Source: Candidatus Wolfebacteria bacterium
GTDB lineage: Bacteria > Patescibacteriota > Minisyncoccia > Phycocordibacterales > EsbW-18
Assembly (NCBI GenBank): GCA_022616195.1
Contig: JAKEFG010000015.1
Coordinates: 9,354-73,353, forward strand
Reading direction: 5' to 3'
DNA: 64,000 nt
Shown: positions 19,509-30,254 of the stretch, piece after piece
Position numbering within the stretch: position 1 is the stretch's first letter
Layout of the letters: every line of letters starts with the position of its first letter
The notes under the pieces: model-generated
What the model was told of the DNA's origin: nothing
The model's database searches: none
What the model saw: only the letters and a program-made list of their open reading frames with translations
Program-made: the position numbers and the translations under genes

Positions 19509-19565
19509 TTATCCACAGTTTATACACGCCGGTAATTGACACCCAACGCACTTTCTATTAGAATG
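19509..19565 (+). promoter_or_regulatory. rpoB promoter preceded by DnaA-box-like motifs
   Basis: TTATCCACA (19509) and TTATACACG (19520), then TTGACA-N17-TAGAAT. Confidence 0.6.
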
Positions 19566-19725
19566 TCCCGGACGCTTTGGTGAGTGAGTTGTGGGGGGAA
19601 AGCGGCATTTTAATACCGTATATAAAAGGCATATTCGCATTTTGCTAGCGTTTTCTAGCAAGTAGCTAGTTGTGCCGCACGTTCCTCTAATGAAGGGAGC
19701 GTGTGCTGTTTGTGTCTCCTTGTCT

Positions 19726-22700
19726 ATGCCTACAGAGCAAAAACACTTCGGAAAATACAAGAAGCCACTCGCACCGATGCCAAATCTTGTGGAGGAGCAA
19801 CTTCGCTCGTTCCGCAGCTTTCTTGCGAATGGGGTTACAGATATCTTCAAGGAGTTCTCACCACTCGCTGACTATTCAGGTAAGAAGTTTGAGTTGGCAT
19901 TCTCTGATATTACCATCGGCGAACCAAAATACGACGAAGAACACGCCAAAGAAAACAAGCGCACATATGAAGGGACCCTATCTGCGCAGGTGACACTCTT
20001 CAATAAAACACTTGGAACCAAAAAGGAACAGGAGATTTTCCTTGCCGATTTTCCGCTCATGACCGATCACGGGACGTTTATCTTTAACGGTGTCGAGCGG
20101 GTTATTGTACCCCAGCTCATTCGCTCATTTGGGGTTTTGTTTGGCTCACAAGATATAAAAGGACGCCAGTATTTTGGTGCAAAAATCATACCGTCACGCG
20201 GTGTTTGGATTGAGTTGGAGACGGATGCGCAGAATGTTATTTGGGTCCGTATTGACCGCAAGCGGAAATTCTCAGTCACGAGTCTACTGCGGGTGCTTGG
20301 TGCTAAGACGGACGCAAATATACGGGAACTCTTTAAAAAACACCCCGGAGCGAAGGAATACATCAATGCATCACTTGAGAAGGATGTAGCGACGAATCAA
20401 GACGAGTCGTTTGTTGAAATTCATCGCAAGCTTCGCGACGGTGATCTGGCGACGGTCGAGAACGCTCGTGAGTTAGTTAATTCAATCTTTAACGAAGATA
20501 GGTACGACCTCTCGGAAGTTGGACGATACCGTTTTAACCACCGATTTGGCAAGAGCACTGACCCTAAGGAATTGGGACGCCAGACAATTGACTTGGACGA
20601 TGTTACAACTATTGTCACACATATTATTGAGCTTAACAACACGCCGGGGGCGGTTGCAGACGATATTGATGACCTAGGCTCACGCCGTGTGCGCTATGTC
20701 GGCGAGATGCTTCAACACCGTCTTCGTGTCGGACTAACGCGCATGAAGCGGCAGACTCAGGACAGGATGTCTATTCTTGATGCAGAAACAACACTTCCTG
20801 TGCAGCTTGTCAATCCTCGTCCACTCACTGCTCAAATCAAGGAGTTTTTTAGTACCAACCAGCTTTCACAGTTTATGCAACAGGAGAATATCCTGCAGGA
20901 GATTGAACACCTCCGGACGTTTTCAGCGCTCGGTCCTGGCGGGCTCACGCGCGAGCGGGCTGGTTTTGAGGTTCGCGATGTACACCCATCACACTACGGG
21001 CGTCTCTGCCCAATCCACACACCTGAGGGTCCAAATATTGGTCTCATTCTTCACCTTGCAACATATGCACGCATTAATGATTTTGGCCTCATTGAAACTC
21101 CATATGCACGTGTTGCAGACGGTGTCATCACCGGCGAGGTGGTGTACTTGAATGCGCAGGACGAGGAACAATACCGCATTGCGCATGTGGCGACGCATTC
21201 CGATGAGACGGGAAACATTCTGGACGAAAAAGTAGAGGTTCGCTTCATGGGTAAGCCTGACTTGGTTGATCGAAGCCAGGTTGACTTCATTGACGTGGCA
21301 ACAAACCAAGCATATTCAATTGCAACATCACTCATTCCATTCTTGAATCACAATGATGCAAACCGTGCGCTTATGGGCTCCAACATGCAGAAGCAAGCGG
21401 TGCCGTGCATCAAGCCACAACCGCCATTGGTTGCGACTGGGATGGAGGCACAGGCAGCACGTGATTCTGGGCGAGTAGTACTTGCACGCGAGGCTGGCAC
21501 TGTTTCCTATGTTGACGCACGTATGGTGAGAGTGAAGGGTGAGAAAGGAAAAGATGAAGAATACCCCCTCGTCAATTTCTCTCGAACGAATAGTTTTACC
21601 GTGTTTCACCAGCGTCCGGCTGTGAGTGTCAATGATACGGTGAAGCGTGGTGATATGCTTGCTGATACTTCATCAACTACAGGCGGTCAACTCTCAATAG
21701 GGCAGAATGTGCTTGTCGCGTTTATGTCCTGGTCCGGCATGAACTTTGAAGATGCCATTGTGATTTCCGAGCGGCTGGTGAAGGACGATGTGTTTACATC
21801 AGTGCATACTGAAGAATTTCTCTGCAATGTTCGCGATACCAAACTTGGTCCGGAGGTGACGACGCACGATATCCCAAATGTTGGTGAGGCAAAACTCAAA
21901 AACCTTGATGAAGAGGGCATTATCCGTATTGGCTCGGAAGTCCGTCCGGGTGATATCCTGGTCGGCAAAGTAACACCTAAAGGTGAAACCCAGCTTACAC
22001 CTGAGGAGCGGCTCCTTCGTTCCATTTTTGGCGAGAAGGCAAAGGACGTGAAAGACACGTCGCTTCGGATGGAAGCAGGGAAGCGTGGCCGTGTTGTCGG
22101 TGTTAAGGTGTTCTCGCGCGAGCACGGTGATCAACTTGAGTCGGGCATCATCAAGAAAATCTTTATTGAGGTCGCGGAACTCCGTCGTGTGCAGGTTGGT
22201 GATAAACTCGCCGGTCGTCACGGCAACAAAGGCGTTATTGCTAAAGTGCTCGCAGCAGAAGATATGCCGTATATGGAGGACGGCACGCCGGTTGACCTTA
22301 TCGTGACACCTCTCGGTGTGCCCTCGCGCATGAACCTGGGACAAATTCTTGAAATCCACCTCGGTCTGGCCGCTCACACCCTGAACTATCAAGCGATTGT
22401 TCCGGCGTTTGCAGGTGCCACAGAATCGGAGATTAGAGATGAACTCAAGGCGGCGGGCTTTCCCGAAAGTGGCAAAGTGCCACTTCGTGATGGGCGTACC
22501 GGTAAGAAGTTTGATAAGGATATTGCGCTTGGGTATATGTATATGCTCAAACTTGAACATATGGTTGAGGATAAAATTCACATGCGTTCAATTGGTCCGT
22601 ATTCGCTCATTACCCAACAGCCCTTGGGCGGGCGGGCACAGCGTGGCGGCCAGCGGTTTGGCGAGATGGAGGTCTGGGCGCTCCTCGGGCACGGTGCGGC

Positions 22701-22872
22701 ATATACGTTGCGAGAGATGCTTACGATGAAGTCGGATGATATTCTCGGACGCTCGGCAATGTTTGATGCGATTGTAAAAGGTGAGCCGATTCGTCCCCCA
22801 AACATCCCAGCATCGTTTAATGTACTCGTGCACTATCTGCGCGGGTTATCGCTTGATATAGATTTTCGCTAA
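19726..22872 (+). CDS. rpoB: RNA polymerase beta subunit
   Basis: SHYGRLCPIHTPEGPNIGL, GDKLAGRHGNKG, GGQRFGEME. Confidence 0.98.
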   Translation: MPTEQKHFGKYKKPLAPMPNLVEEQLRSFRSFLANGVTDIFKEFSPLADYSGKKFELAFSDITIGEPKYDEEHAKENKRTYEGTLSAQVTLFNKTLGTKKEQEIFLADFPLMTDHGTFIFNGVERVIVPQLIRSFGVLFGSQDIKGRQYFGAKIIPSRGVWIELETDAQNVIWVRIDRKRKFSVTSLLRVLGAKTDANIRELFKKHPGAKEYINASLEKDVATNQDESFVEIHRKLRDGDLATVENARELVNSIFNEDRYDLSEVGRYRFNHRFGKSTDPKELGRQTIDLDDVTTIVTHIIELNNTPGAVADDIDDLGSRRVRYVGEMLQHRLRVGLTRMKRQTQDRMSILDAETTLPVQLVNPRPLTAQIKEFFSTNQLSQFMQQENILQEIEHLRTFSALGPGGLTRERAGFEVRDVHPSHYGRLCPIHTPEGPNIGLILHLATYARINDFGLIETPYARVADGVITGEVVYLNAQDEEQYRIAHVATHSDETGNILDEKVEVRFMGKPDLVDRSQVDFIDVATNQAYSIATSLIPFLNHNDANRALMGSNMQKQAVPCIKPQPPLVATGMEAQAARDSGRVVLAREAGTVSYVDARMVRVKGEKGKDEEYPLVNFSRTNSFTVFHQRPAVSVNDTVKRGDMLADTSSTTGGQLSIGQNVLVAFMSWSGMNFEDAIVISERLVKDDVFTSVHTEEFLCNVRDTKLGPEVTTHDIPNVGEAKLKNLDEEGIIRIGSEVRPGDILVGKVTPKGETQLTPEERLLRSIFGEKAKDVKDTSLRMEAGKRGRVVGVKVFSREHGDQLESGIIKKIFIEVAELRRVQVGDKLAGRHGNKGVIAKVLAAEDMPYMEDGTPVDLIVTPLGVPSRMNLGQILEIHLGLAAHTLNYQAIVPAFAGATESEIRDELKAAGFPESGKVPLRDGRTGKKFDKDIALGYMYMLKLEHMVEDKIHMRSIGPYSLITQQPLGGRAQRGGQRFGEMEVWALLGHGAAYTLREMLTMKSDDILGRSAMFDAIVKGEPIRPPNIPASFNVLVHYLRGLSLDIDFR

Positions 22873-22877
22873 CATAT

Positions 22878-25800
22878 ATGGAGAAGAAACGAGGAGATAT
22901 TCCACGAGAGTTCAACGAGATGTTCCTTCGGCTTGCGAGTCCGGAGCGGATCTTGGAGTGGTCATATGGCGAAGTGACCAAACCGGAAACAATCAACTAC
23001 CGTACGCAGCGAAGCGAAAAGAACGGACTCTTTGACGAAAAGATTTTTGGTCCCGAGAAGGACTTTGAGTGCTATTGCGGCAAGTACCGTGGCATTCGTT
23101 ATCGCGGTATTATTTGTGAGAAGTGCGGTGTTGAAGTAACACGTTCTATCGTCCGCCGCGAACGCATGGGACATATTGAGCTCGCAACACCCGTTGCACA
23201 CATTTGGTTTCTTCGGAACATCCCGTCGCGCATGGCGCTTCTTTTAGGTGTCTCGGCGCCGGACTTGGAGAAGGTAGTCTACTTCGCTGCGTATATCGTG
23301 ACGGCAATCTCTGAAGATGAGCGTGTCCGCCTTCTCAAGGACTTGGAATCTGAGTACAAGAGCAAGACAAAATCACTTCAGGACGCAAAATCAAAATCGG
23401 CCTTGAAGGAAGCATATCTCGGAGCGAAACGTGATATTCAGAGTATACGGGTTGGGAGTATTATTGATGACGCGACGTATGCGCGTTTCAGCATGAAGTA
23501 CGGCTCGCTTTTTGAGGCGGCGACTGGTGCAGAAGCTATTCACGCGATTTTCAATACCATTGATCTCAAGAAACTTGCTAAGGAAGTGGAGGCGGAACTT
23601 GCCGAGGGTAAGGCGGCAGACAGTAAAAAGCTTAAGAAACGGTTGTCACTCATTAACGCAATGATTCGCTCAAAGGTGCGTCCAGAGTGGATGTTTGTAA
23701 CCATACTCCCGGTCATCCCTGCGGCGATTCGTCCGATGGTGGCGCTTGAGGGCGGACGTCATGCGACGAGTGATTTAAACGACCTCTACCGACGCGTCAT
23801 CAATCGCAACAACCGCCTCAAAAAATTAGTGGACATTAAAGCGCCGGCGGTCATTTTACGGAATGAAAAGCGCATCTTGCAAGAGGCGGTAGACGCGCTA
23901 ATTGACAACTCAATGAGACAGGGGAGCTCGTATTCGGTGATGAGTCAGGCACAGCGCCGTCCTCTGAAATCGCTTGCAGACAATCTCTCCCGCAAGCAGG
24001 GTATTTTCAGACAGAACCTTCTTGGGAAACGCGTTGACTACTCAGGGCGTTCTGTCATCGTGGTCGGCCCTGAACTTCATCTCGACCAGTGTGGCCTGCC
24101 GAAACACATGGCGCTTGAGCTCTTCCGTCCGTTTGTCATCCAAAAACTTTTGGAACGTGAGTATGCATTTAACATTCGCGGTGCAGGACGTCTGATTGAT
24201 GAGAGAACTCCGGAAGTGTGGGAGATTCTTGAGGAAGTTATTACTGACAAGTACGTACTCTTGAACCGTGCACCGACTCTCCACCGGCTCGGCATTCAAG
24301 CATTCCGTCCCGTTCTCATCGAAGGCGAGGCGATTCAGATTCACCCGCTTGTTGTTCAGGCGTTCAATGCCGACTTTGACGGTGACCAGATGGCAGTACA
24401 TGTGCCGCTCTCTAAGGAAGCCCAGAAAGAGGCAGAGATGATTATGTCAGCAAGTCGGAATCTCCTTCGCCCCGGATCAGGCGCTCCGATTGTCTCCATA
24501 GCACACCAGGACATCATTCTTGGGTGTTATTGGATGACCAAGATCGTGGAGGGTGAGAAGGGTGAGGGGAAAGCGTTCGAGTCGCCGAACGCTGCCATCA
24601 CCGCGTTTAATTTTGACAACGTGTCGCTTCGAGCGAAGATTTTTGTCAAGCCGACAGGGAAAGAAAAATATTCACCTTTCGGGGGCAACCGGTTTGAAAC
24701 ATCGATTGGCCGACTCTTGTTCAACGGTGTCTTGCCTGATGACTATGCATTCATTAACGCCGAGATTACCAAGAAGGAAATGGGCAAAATTGTTGCAACA
24801 ATTATCGCTCGGTATGACCATGAGACGGTCACAGAGATTTTAGACAAAATAAAAGCGTTTGGTTTCCGATATACGACAGCATCGGGTATCACGTTCGGGT
24901 TGGGGGACATTCCAATTCCAAAGGCCAAAAAAGAACTTGTTGACAGGGCAATCGCTGCCTCAGGCGAGGTACACGCGCAGTATGAAGACGGGCTGTTGTC
25001 CGAGGACGAGCGATATCGGCAAAATATTGAGATTTGGCATGGGTTGCGTGCTGAGATGGAGCGTGCGGTTGATGACACGCTTGATGCGCAGAGCTCTATT
25101 AATGATATGTGGCGCTCGGGTGCCCGCGGCTCACTCTCACAAATCACCAATATGGCGGGAATGAAAGGCCTCATCGCTGGGCCGCAGGGACGCATTATTG
25201 AGTTTCCGATCCTCTCATCAAACAAAGAGGGACTTACACCGATCGAGTACTTTATTACAACCCACGGTTCTCGGAAGGGACTCGGTGATACCGCGCTCAA
25301 CACGTCACGATCAGGATATCTAACGCGTCGTCTCTTTGATGTTTCACAGGATGTGGTAATTACTGAAGAGGACTGTAAAACAAAAGGCGGTATTGTAATC
25401 AAGCATCAAAACCTTGGCGGCATTGAAGTACCACTCACCAAAGGTCTCGCTGGCAGATTTCTTGCAGATACAGTGAAGGATACAGACGGTACTATCTTGT
25501 TCAAACGAAACGACTACATGACGGAGGAGTACGCGGAAACCATTGCATCGGCAGGTATTGAGGAGGTCTTTGTACGCTCACCTATGACCTGCGAGTCAGT
25601 TGAGGGTATTTGCGTACGTTGCTATGGGCGTGATATGGGACGCAATGATCCTGTATCACTCGGCGAAGCGGTCGGAACGATTGCCGCGCAGTCTATTGGA
25701 GAGCCGGCAACTCAGCTCACCATGCGCACGTTTCATGCCGGGGGAACCGCGAGCGTCGGGGGTGACATTGTGCAAGGTCTTCCGCGCGTGGAAGAAATTT

Positions 25801-26546
25801 TCGAGTGCCGCCCGCCGAAGAACCCCGCAATCATTGCTGACGTTGCAGGGACGGTCACGGACATTATAGATACTGGGAAAGAGAAAATCATTACCGTTCT
25901 TTCAAATGCGACGGATATCAAGAAAAAGAAGGAGGGGAAGACTGAGGCAACCGAGTATGGCATACATCGCTATCGTATGTCGCTGGTAAAAAAGGGCGAC
26001 ACGGTGGAAAAGGGAGAATTGCTAACCGATGGGTCAGCGGACCTCCAGAAACTTTTCAAGCTTGCAGGCAAGGAGAAGACGCAGGAATACATCATTTCCG
26101 AAATCAGCAAAATCTATGAATTGCAGGGAGCATCGGTTGCTCGTCCGCATATTGAGGTTATCGTCCGACAGATGTTCTCTCGTTATAAAGTGACTCATTC
26201 CGGCGATACGGATTTCTCTGTAGGTGATGTTGTCGAACAAAGTGAACTTACTCGCGTGAATGAAGAAATAAACAATAAAGGTGGTACGGAGGCAAAAGCG
26301 CGCCAGCTTATCATGGGTATCGCGTCAGTGGCACTCTCACGACGAAGTTTTCTCTCGGCGGCATCGTTCCAGAACACAAACCGTGTTCTGATTGACGCGG
26401 CGCTTCGGGGGAGCTCTGATCCCATCAAAGGTCTCAAAGAGAACGTTATCGTCGGCCGTTTGATCCCTGCCGGAACCGGCTATGCGGGAAGTCCCAAGTG
26501 GGAGCTTGTGCACAATCTTCGAGACGAGGAGGATGTCGACGAGTAA
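22878..26546 (+). CDS. rpoC: RNA polymerase beta' subunit
   Basis: Zn finger CYCGKY...CEKC, catalytic NADFDGD, TQLTMRTFH. Confidence 0.98.
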   Translation: MEKKRGDIPREFNEMFLRLASPERILEWSYGEVTKPETINYRTQRSEKNGLFDEKIFGPEKDFECYCGKYRGIRYRGIICEKCGVEVTRSIVRRERMGHIELATPVAHIWFLRNIPSRMALLLGVSAPDLEKVVYFAAYIVTAISEDERVRLLKDLESEYKSKTKSLQDAKSKSALKEAYLGAKRDIQSIRVGSIIDDATYARFSMKYGSLFEAATGAEAIHAIFNTIDLKKLAKEVEAELAEGKAADSKKLKKRLSLINAMIRSKVRPEWMFVTILPVIPAAIRPMVALEGGRHATSDLNDLYRRVINRNNRLKKLVDIKAPAVILRNEKRILQEAVDALIDNSMRQGSSYSVMSQAQRRPLKSLADNLSRKQGIFRQNLLGKRVDYSGRSVIVVGPELHLDQCGLPKHMALELFRPFVIQKLLEREYAFNIRGAGRLIDERTPEVWEILEEVITDKYVLLNRAPTLHRLGIQAFRPVLIEGEAIQIHPLVVQAFNADFDGDQMAVHVPLSKEAQKEAEMIMSASRNLLRPGSGAPIVSIAHQDIILGCYWMTKIVEGEKGEGKAFESPNAAITAFNFDNVSLRAKIFVKPTGKEKYSPFGGNRFETSIGRLLFNGVLPDDYAFINAEITKKEMGKIVATIIARYDHETVTEILDKIKAFGFRYTTASGITFGLGDIPIPKAKKELVDRAIAASGEVHAQYEDGLLSEDERYRQNIEIWHGLRAEMERAVDDTLDAQSSINDMWRSGARGSLSQITNMAGMKGLIAGPQGRIIEFPILSSNKEGLTPIEYFITTHGSRKGLGDTALNTSRSGYLTRRLFDVSQDVVITEEDCKTKGGIVIKHQNLGGIEVPLTKGLAGRFLADTVKDTDGTILFKRNDYMTEEYAETIASAGIEEVFVRSPMTCESVEGICVRCYGRDMGRNDPVSLGEAVGTIAAQSIGEPATQLTMRTFHAGGTASVGGDIVQGLPRVEEIFECRPPKNPAIIADVAGTVTDIIDTGKEKIITVLSNATDIKKKKEGKTEATEYGIHRYRMSLVKKGDTVEKGELLTDGSADLQKLFKLAGKEKTQEYIISEISKIYELQGASVARPHIEVIVRQMFSRYKVTHSGDTDFSVGDVVEQSELTRVNEEINNKGGTEAKARQLIMGIASVALSRRSFLSAASFQNTNRVLIDAALRGSSDPIKGLKENVIVGRLIPAGTGYAGSPKWELVHNLRDEEDVDE

Positions 26547-26614
26547 CGTTCCTTACAATACAACAGTTCTGAGACAGCGTTATGTGTGAAACACCGTAGA
26601 TCTGTGACTTGTCT

Positions 26615-28285
26615 ATGAGCACAACCGTAGAACAAATTAAAGAACGACTCTCTATTCAGGATGTAGTGGGGAGCTACGTCAAACTTGATCGTGCCGGGAA
26701 AAATCTAAAGGCGGCGTGTCCGTTTCACAACGAGAAGACCCCGTCCTTTTTTGTCTCTCCTGAGCGCGGTTCATACTACTGCTTTGGGTGCGGTGCTAAA
26801 GGCGATGTCTTCACGTTTGTTGAGGAGTTCGAGGGGACTGATTTTCAGGGGGCTCTCAAGCTGCTCGCGGAACGCGCCGGTGTCGAGATAACCTACGGTT
26901 GGTCCGGACGGGGAAATCATCGCGAGAAAGACCGGCTTCATGAGGCAATGGAGAGCGCGACTGAGTTCTTTGAAAAAAATCTGATAGAAAACACAGCGGC
27001 ACAAGCATACCTGTCGGAGCGCGGTGTAACCGAGAAGTCAATTACTGACTTTCGGTTGGGCTACGCACGAGACGAGTGGCGGAGACTCTACAGCAGGCTC
27101 TCACAAAAAGGATTTACTGACGGTGAACTCCTCACGGCAGGCCTCATTAAACGACGTGAGAACGGGGCAGGGTACTACGACACCTTTCGGGGACGGATTA
27201 TGTTTCCCATCAGCGACACCTCAGGGCGTCCCGTTGCGTTCTCTGGACGGGTGTTTCCACCAATCCCGGATGGAGAAGAGGCGGTTGGGGAACGGGCGGC
27301 AAAGTATGTTAATAACCCCGAGACGCCACTCTTTCACAAGTCACGGGTGCTCTACGGCTATGACCACGCTAAAAGTGCAATGCGAAAATATGATTTCTGT
27401 ATTGTTGTTGAGGGACAGACCGATGTTATCATGAGCCACCAAACAGAATTCAAGAACACGGTAGCGCCCCTGGGTACGGCACTAACCCGCGACCATCTGG
27501 AGAGCATCAGGCGTCTCTCCAACAACCTCATTCTTGCGCTTGATGCTGATACGGCGGGTACTGCCTCGGCGGGTCGCGGAGCGGAGCTCGCGCTCGCGAT
27601 GGGGTTTGACGTAAAGGTGGCAAAACTTCCGAAGGGGAGTGACCCCGCGGATGTTATTAAGGAAGACCCGGAATTGTGGCGGAGCGCTATCCGCGAAGCG
27701 ACCCACATAGTCGAGTTTCTGATGAGTGTTGTTGCCGAGTCCGCCAAGGATGTGCGTGCGTTTGCGCTTGCGGTGCGAAAGACGGTTCTCCCGTATATTG
27801 GGCGGATTGATAACAAGATTGACCAAGCACACTTCGTCAAGCTCGTCGCGGAAAAGCTTGGGGTGAGCGAGCGGAGCGTACAAACGGAGGTTGAAAAGCT
27901 CGCACGCGAAAACGTTTCAGAGACACCACACACGGCACCCGCTACGCCCGACGTGAAGCACAGTGACCGCGTGCGCAGACTACTGGTACTGCTTATATGG
28001 CAGAAGAGGCTTGACGTCCCGGAGCTCGACGTACCGAGCATTACCAAGCGGCTTCTTGAGTTTACGGGAGCGGACTCGCTTGAAACGCTCATGGCGCGCT
28101 ATGGAGAAGAGATTTTGTTCGCGGCAGATCTCGAGACCGAGTCGCCGGTGAAGGAAGTGGCGGAATTACTGAAACTTCTCGAGATAACACACCTTGAGGA
28201 CAAGCGCGAGAAAGCTCGGGACAAGGACATGAAAGAGTTTCAGGAACTCTCCAAGAAGAAAGACGAACTTAAGCGAAACGCGTAG
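26615..28285 (+). CDS. dnaG: DNA primase
   Basis: CPFHNEKTPSF..CFGC zinc finger; VEGQTDV and DADTAG TOPRIM motifs. Confidence 0.96.
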   Translation: MSTTVEQIKERLSIQDVVGSYVKLDRAGKNLKAACPFHNEKTPSFFVSPERGSYYCFGCGAKGDVFTFVEEFEGTDFQGALKLLAERAGVEITYGWSGRGNHREKDRLHEAMESATEFFEKNLIENTAAQAYLSERGVTEKSITDFRLGYARDEWRRLYSRLSQKGFTDGELLTAGLIKRRENGAGYYDTFRGRIMFPISDTSGRPVAFSGRVFPPIPDGEEAVGERAAKYVNNPETPLFHKSRVLYGYDHAKSAMRKYDFCIVVEGQTDVIMSHQTEFKNTVAPLGTALTRDHLESIRRLSNNLILALDADTAGTASAGRGAELALAMGFDVKVAKLPKGSDPADVIKEDPELWRSAIREATHIVEFLMSVVAESAKDVRAFALAVRKTVLPYIGRIDNKIDQAHFVKLVAEKLGVSERSVQTEVEKLARENVSETPHTAPATPDVKHSDRVRRLLVLLIWQKRLDVPELDVPSITKRLLEFTGADSLETLMARYGEEILFAADLETESPVKEVAELLKLLEITHLEDKREKARDKDMKEFQELSKKKDELKRNA

Positions 28286-28301
28286 TTTTTAGTTTGTATA
28301 C

Positions 28302-29579
28302 ATGGCGGTACATAAGAAAAAAAAGAATACGGGGACAGCAAAACGCACGGCGAGACGTGCGATATCGCGACGTGCCACAGGGTCGCGGAAGACCAAGGCA
28401 AAAGGCACACGTTCACGCGCTTCTGTGCGGAAAGGTCGTGTTCGCACACAACCGAAGGTGAAAACCGTCGTAGCAAAGAAGACGCCGGAGAAAGCGGCGA
28501 AGCAAACCAAGCGCGAGCGGGAGTTCTGGAAGCGTGCGGAGAAGCTCTTTGTCAAAGGACGCGAGCGCGGTTTTATTACCTATGACGAAATTCTTAAGGA
28601 GTTTCCGAGAGTTGAGGATGACGTGCTCTTTCTGGAACAACTCTACGATTCACTCGGTGCTGAAACTATTGACGTACTTGAAAGTGGGGGGCTTCTTGAT
28701 CTTGGTGACACGGGGCGGGAGAAAAATGTTTATGAGCGCGGGGCGAGCGGGTACGATTCCATACAAATGTACCTCCGCGAAATCGGTCAGTATGAGCTTA
28801 TTACTGCTTCCAAGGAGCGCGAACTTGCCAAGCGTATTGAAGAAGGGGATGAAGAAGCAAAAAACCTCCTCGCGCGTGCCAACCTGCGACTCGTTGTCTC
28901 CATTGCGAAGAAATATGCGAACCGAAGCCCGAACCTCACGCTTCTCGACCTCATCCAAGAAGGAAACATCGGCCTCTTCAAGGCAGTGGAGAAGTTTGAC
29001 TGGCGCAAAGGGTATAAGTTCTCGACGTATGCGACCTGGTGGATTCGTCAGGCAGTGACGCGCGCGATTGCCGACCAGTCACGGACTATCCGCATTCCGG
29101 TGCACATGGTGGAAACGATTGCCAAATACAAGCGCATCTCACGGCGTATGGCGCAGGACCTCGGGCGCGACCCCATGCCGGAGGAAATTGCGCTTGAGAT
29201 GGGGTTGGATGTTGAAAAAATCCACCACATTGAAAAAATAAACCAGAACGTCGTCCCGCTAGAAACGCCGGTGGGCAAAGACGAGGACGGGAGCTCCACA
29301 CTCGGTGACTTTATTGCCGACGATACCATAGAATCGCCGGATACCGACGCGTCGCGCCGTATTTTGACGACGCAGATTTCCGAAGTGCTGAATGAACTCT
29401 CGCCTAAGGAGCGAAAAATTCTTGAGATGCGCGCGGGGCTTATGGACGGCATCCCGCACACGCTTGAAGAAGTGGGGAAGGAGTTTGGTGTCACCCGCGA
29501 GCGCATCCGGCAGATTGAGGCGAAGGCACATGAAAAAATCCGCCAGCACCAACGGGCTTCAAAACTGAGGAATTATTAA
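28302..29579 (+). CDS. rpoD: Primary sigma70 factor with a basic N-terminal extension
   Basis: [56 protein letters not shown]. Confidence 0.95.
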   Translation: MAVHKKKKNTGTAKRTARRAISRRATGSRKTKAKGTRSRASVRKGRVRTQPKVKTVVAKKTPEKAAKQTKREREFWKRAEKLFVKGRERGFITYDEILKEFPRVEDDVLFLEQLYDSLGAETIDVLESGGLLDLGDTGREKNVYERGASGYDSIQMYLREIGQYELITASKERELAKRIEEGDEEAKNLLARANLRLVVSIAKKYANRSPNLTLLDLIQEGNIGLFKAVEKFDWRKGYKFSTYATWWIRQAVTRAIADQSRTIRIPVHMVETIAKYKRISRRMAQDLGRDPMPEEIALEMGLDVEKIHHIEKINQNVVPLETPVGKDEDGSSTLGDFIADDTIESPDTDASRRILTTQISEVLNELSPKERKILEMRAGLMDGIPHTLEEVGKEFGVTRERIRQIEAKAHEKIRQHQRASKLRNY

Positions 29580-29725
29580 CCGCTCGCGCGTTAGTGCAAT
29601 ATGCGGTTAGTAACCGAACACTCAACGGGTTGAGTGCTCTGGTATAAAAGCAACGAACCCCACCCGACCGCGGTGAGCCGAGTGGGGCTCGTGCGGGGGT
29701 GGGGCTGGGCGGCGTGTAGCCGCAG

Positions 29726-30088
29726 TCAGCGGTTCGGAGAAGGGGACTCCAGTGCCTTGAGTACCAGAATCCACCTTCCCATGGTGGTGTGGTGGGAGAA
29801 GGTGACATTCAGCACCCGCACGCGACTTCCGGGTTCCGGCCTGTAGCCGCTCACAGCGGTGAACAGGTCGCCGTCCGAGATACGCCGGACGATGACGAAC
29901 GAGAAACCAGTGCCCGGGATCTCGTCGCTGAACCCGACGACCTCGAAATCCTCTTGCCACTCGCTGTGGACTTCGGGTGCCGGAAGCCCCGCCTGCCCCG
30001 ACGCCTTGATGTCGTGCTCGACACGCACCAAGACGAGTATCATCAGGGCCGTCACCATCGCCTTGGCCAAAACGCTGAAGATTTTCAT
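29726..30088 (-). CDS. Orphan membrane-anchored hypothetical protein
   Basis: AAGGAGG SD, N-terminal hydrophobic segment, G/C-ending codons. Confidence 0.65.
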   Translation of the reverse strand: MKIFSVLAKAMVTALMILVLVRVEHDIKASGQAGLPAPEVHSEWQEDFEVVGFSDEIPGTGFSFVIVRRISDGDLFTAVSGYRPEPGSRVRVLNVTFSHHTTMGRWILVLKALESPSPNR

Positions 30089-30195
30089 CTCTTCCTCCTT
30101 GTCGTTATAGTTCTCACTTCTGCTGTAGACGCACCAGTATGCACCTGCAGCAGAAGTGAAAGTATGCCACCAATCTTTTAAAGGACTTTGACGAC

Positions 30196-30224
30196 ATTAT
30201 AGCAGATAGAAATACTACCGTCAA
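30196..30224 (-). promoter_or_regulatory. Consensus sigma70 promoter for the orphan gene
   Basis: TTGACG-N17-TATAAT with TGn extension on the minus strand. Confidence 0.7.
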
Positions 30225-30254
30225 GTTTTTTAGGATGTGCTAAAATAGCCTTTA

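Noticed and set aside
30170-30190. boxA-like motif (GTCCTTTTAAAA) after the orphan promoter, similar to GTCCTTTTGAAG at about 40266
   Set aside because: Too degenerate and too few instances to support from this window alone.
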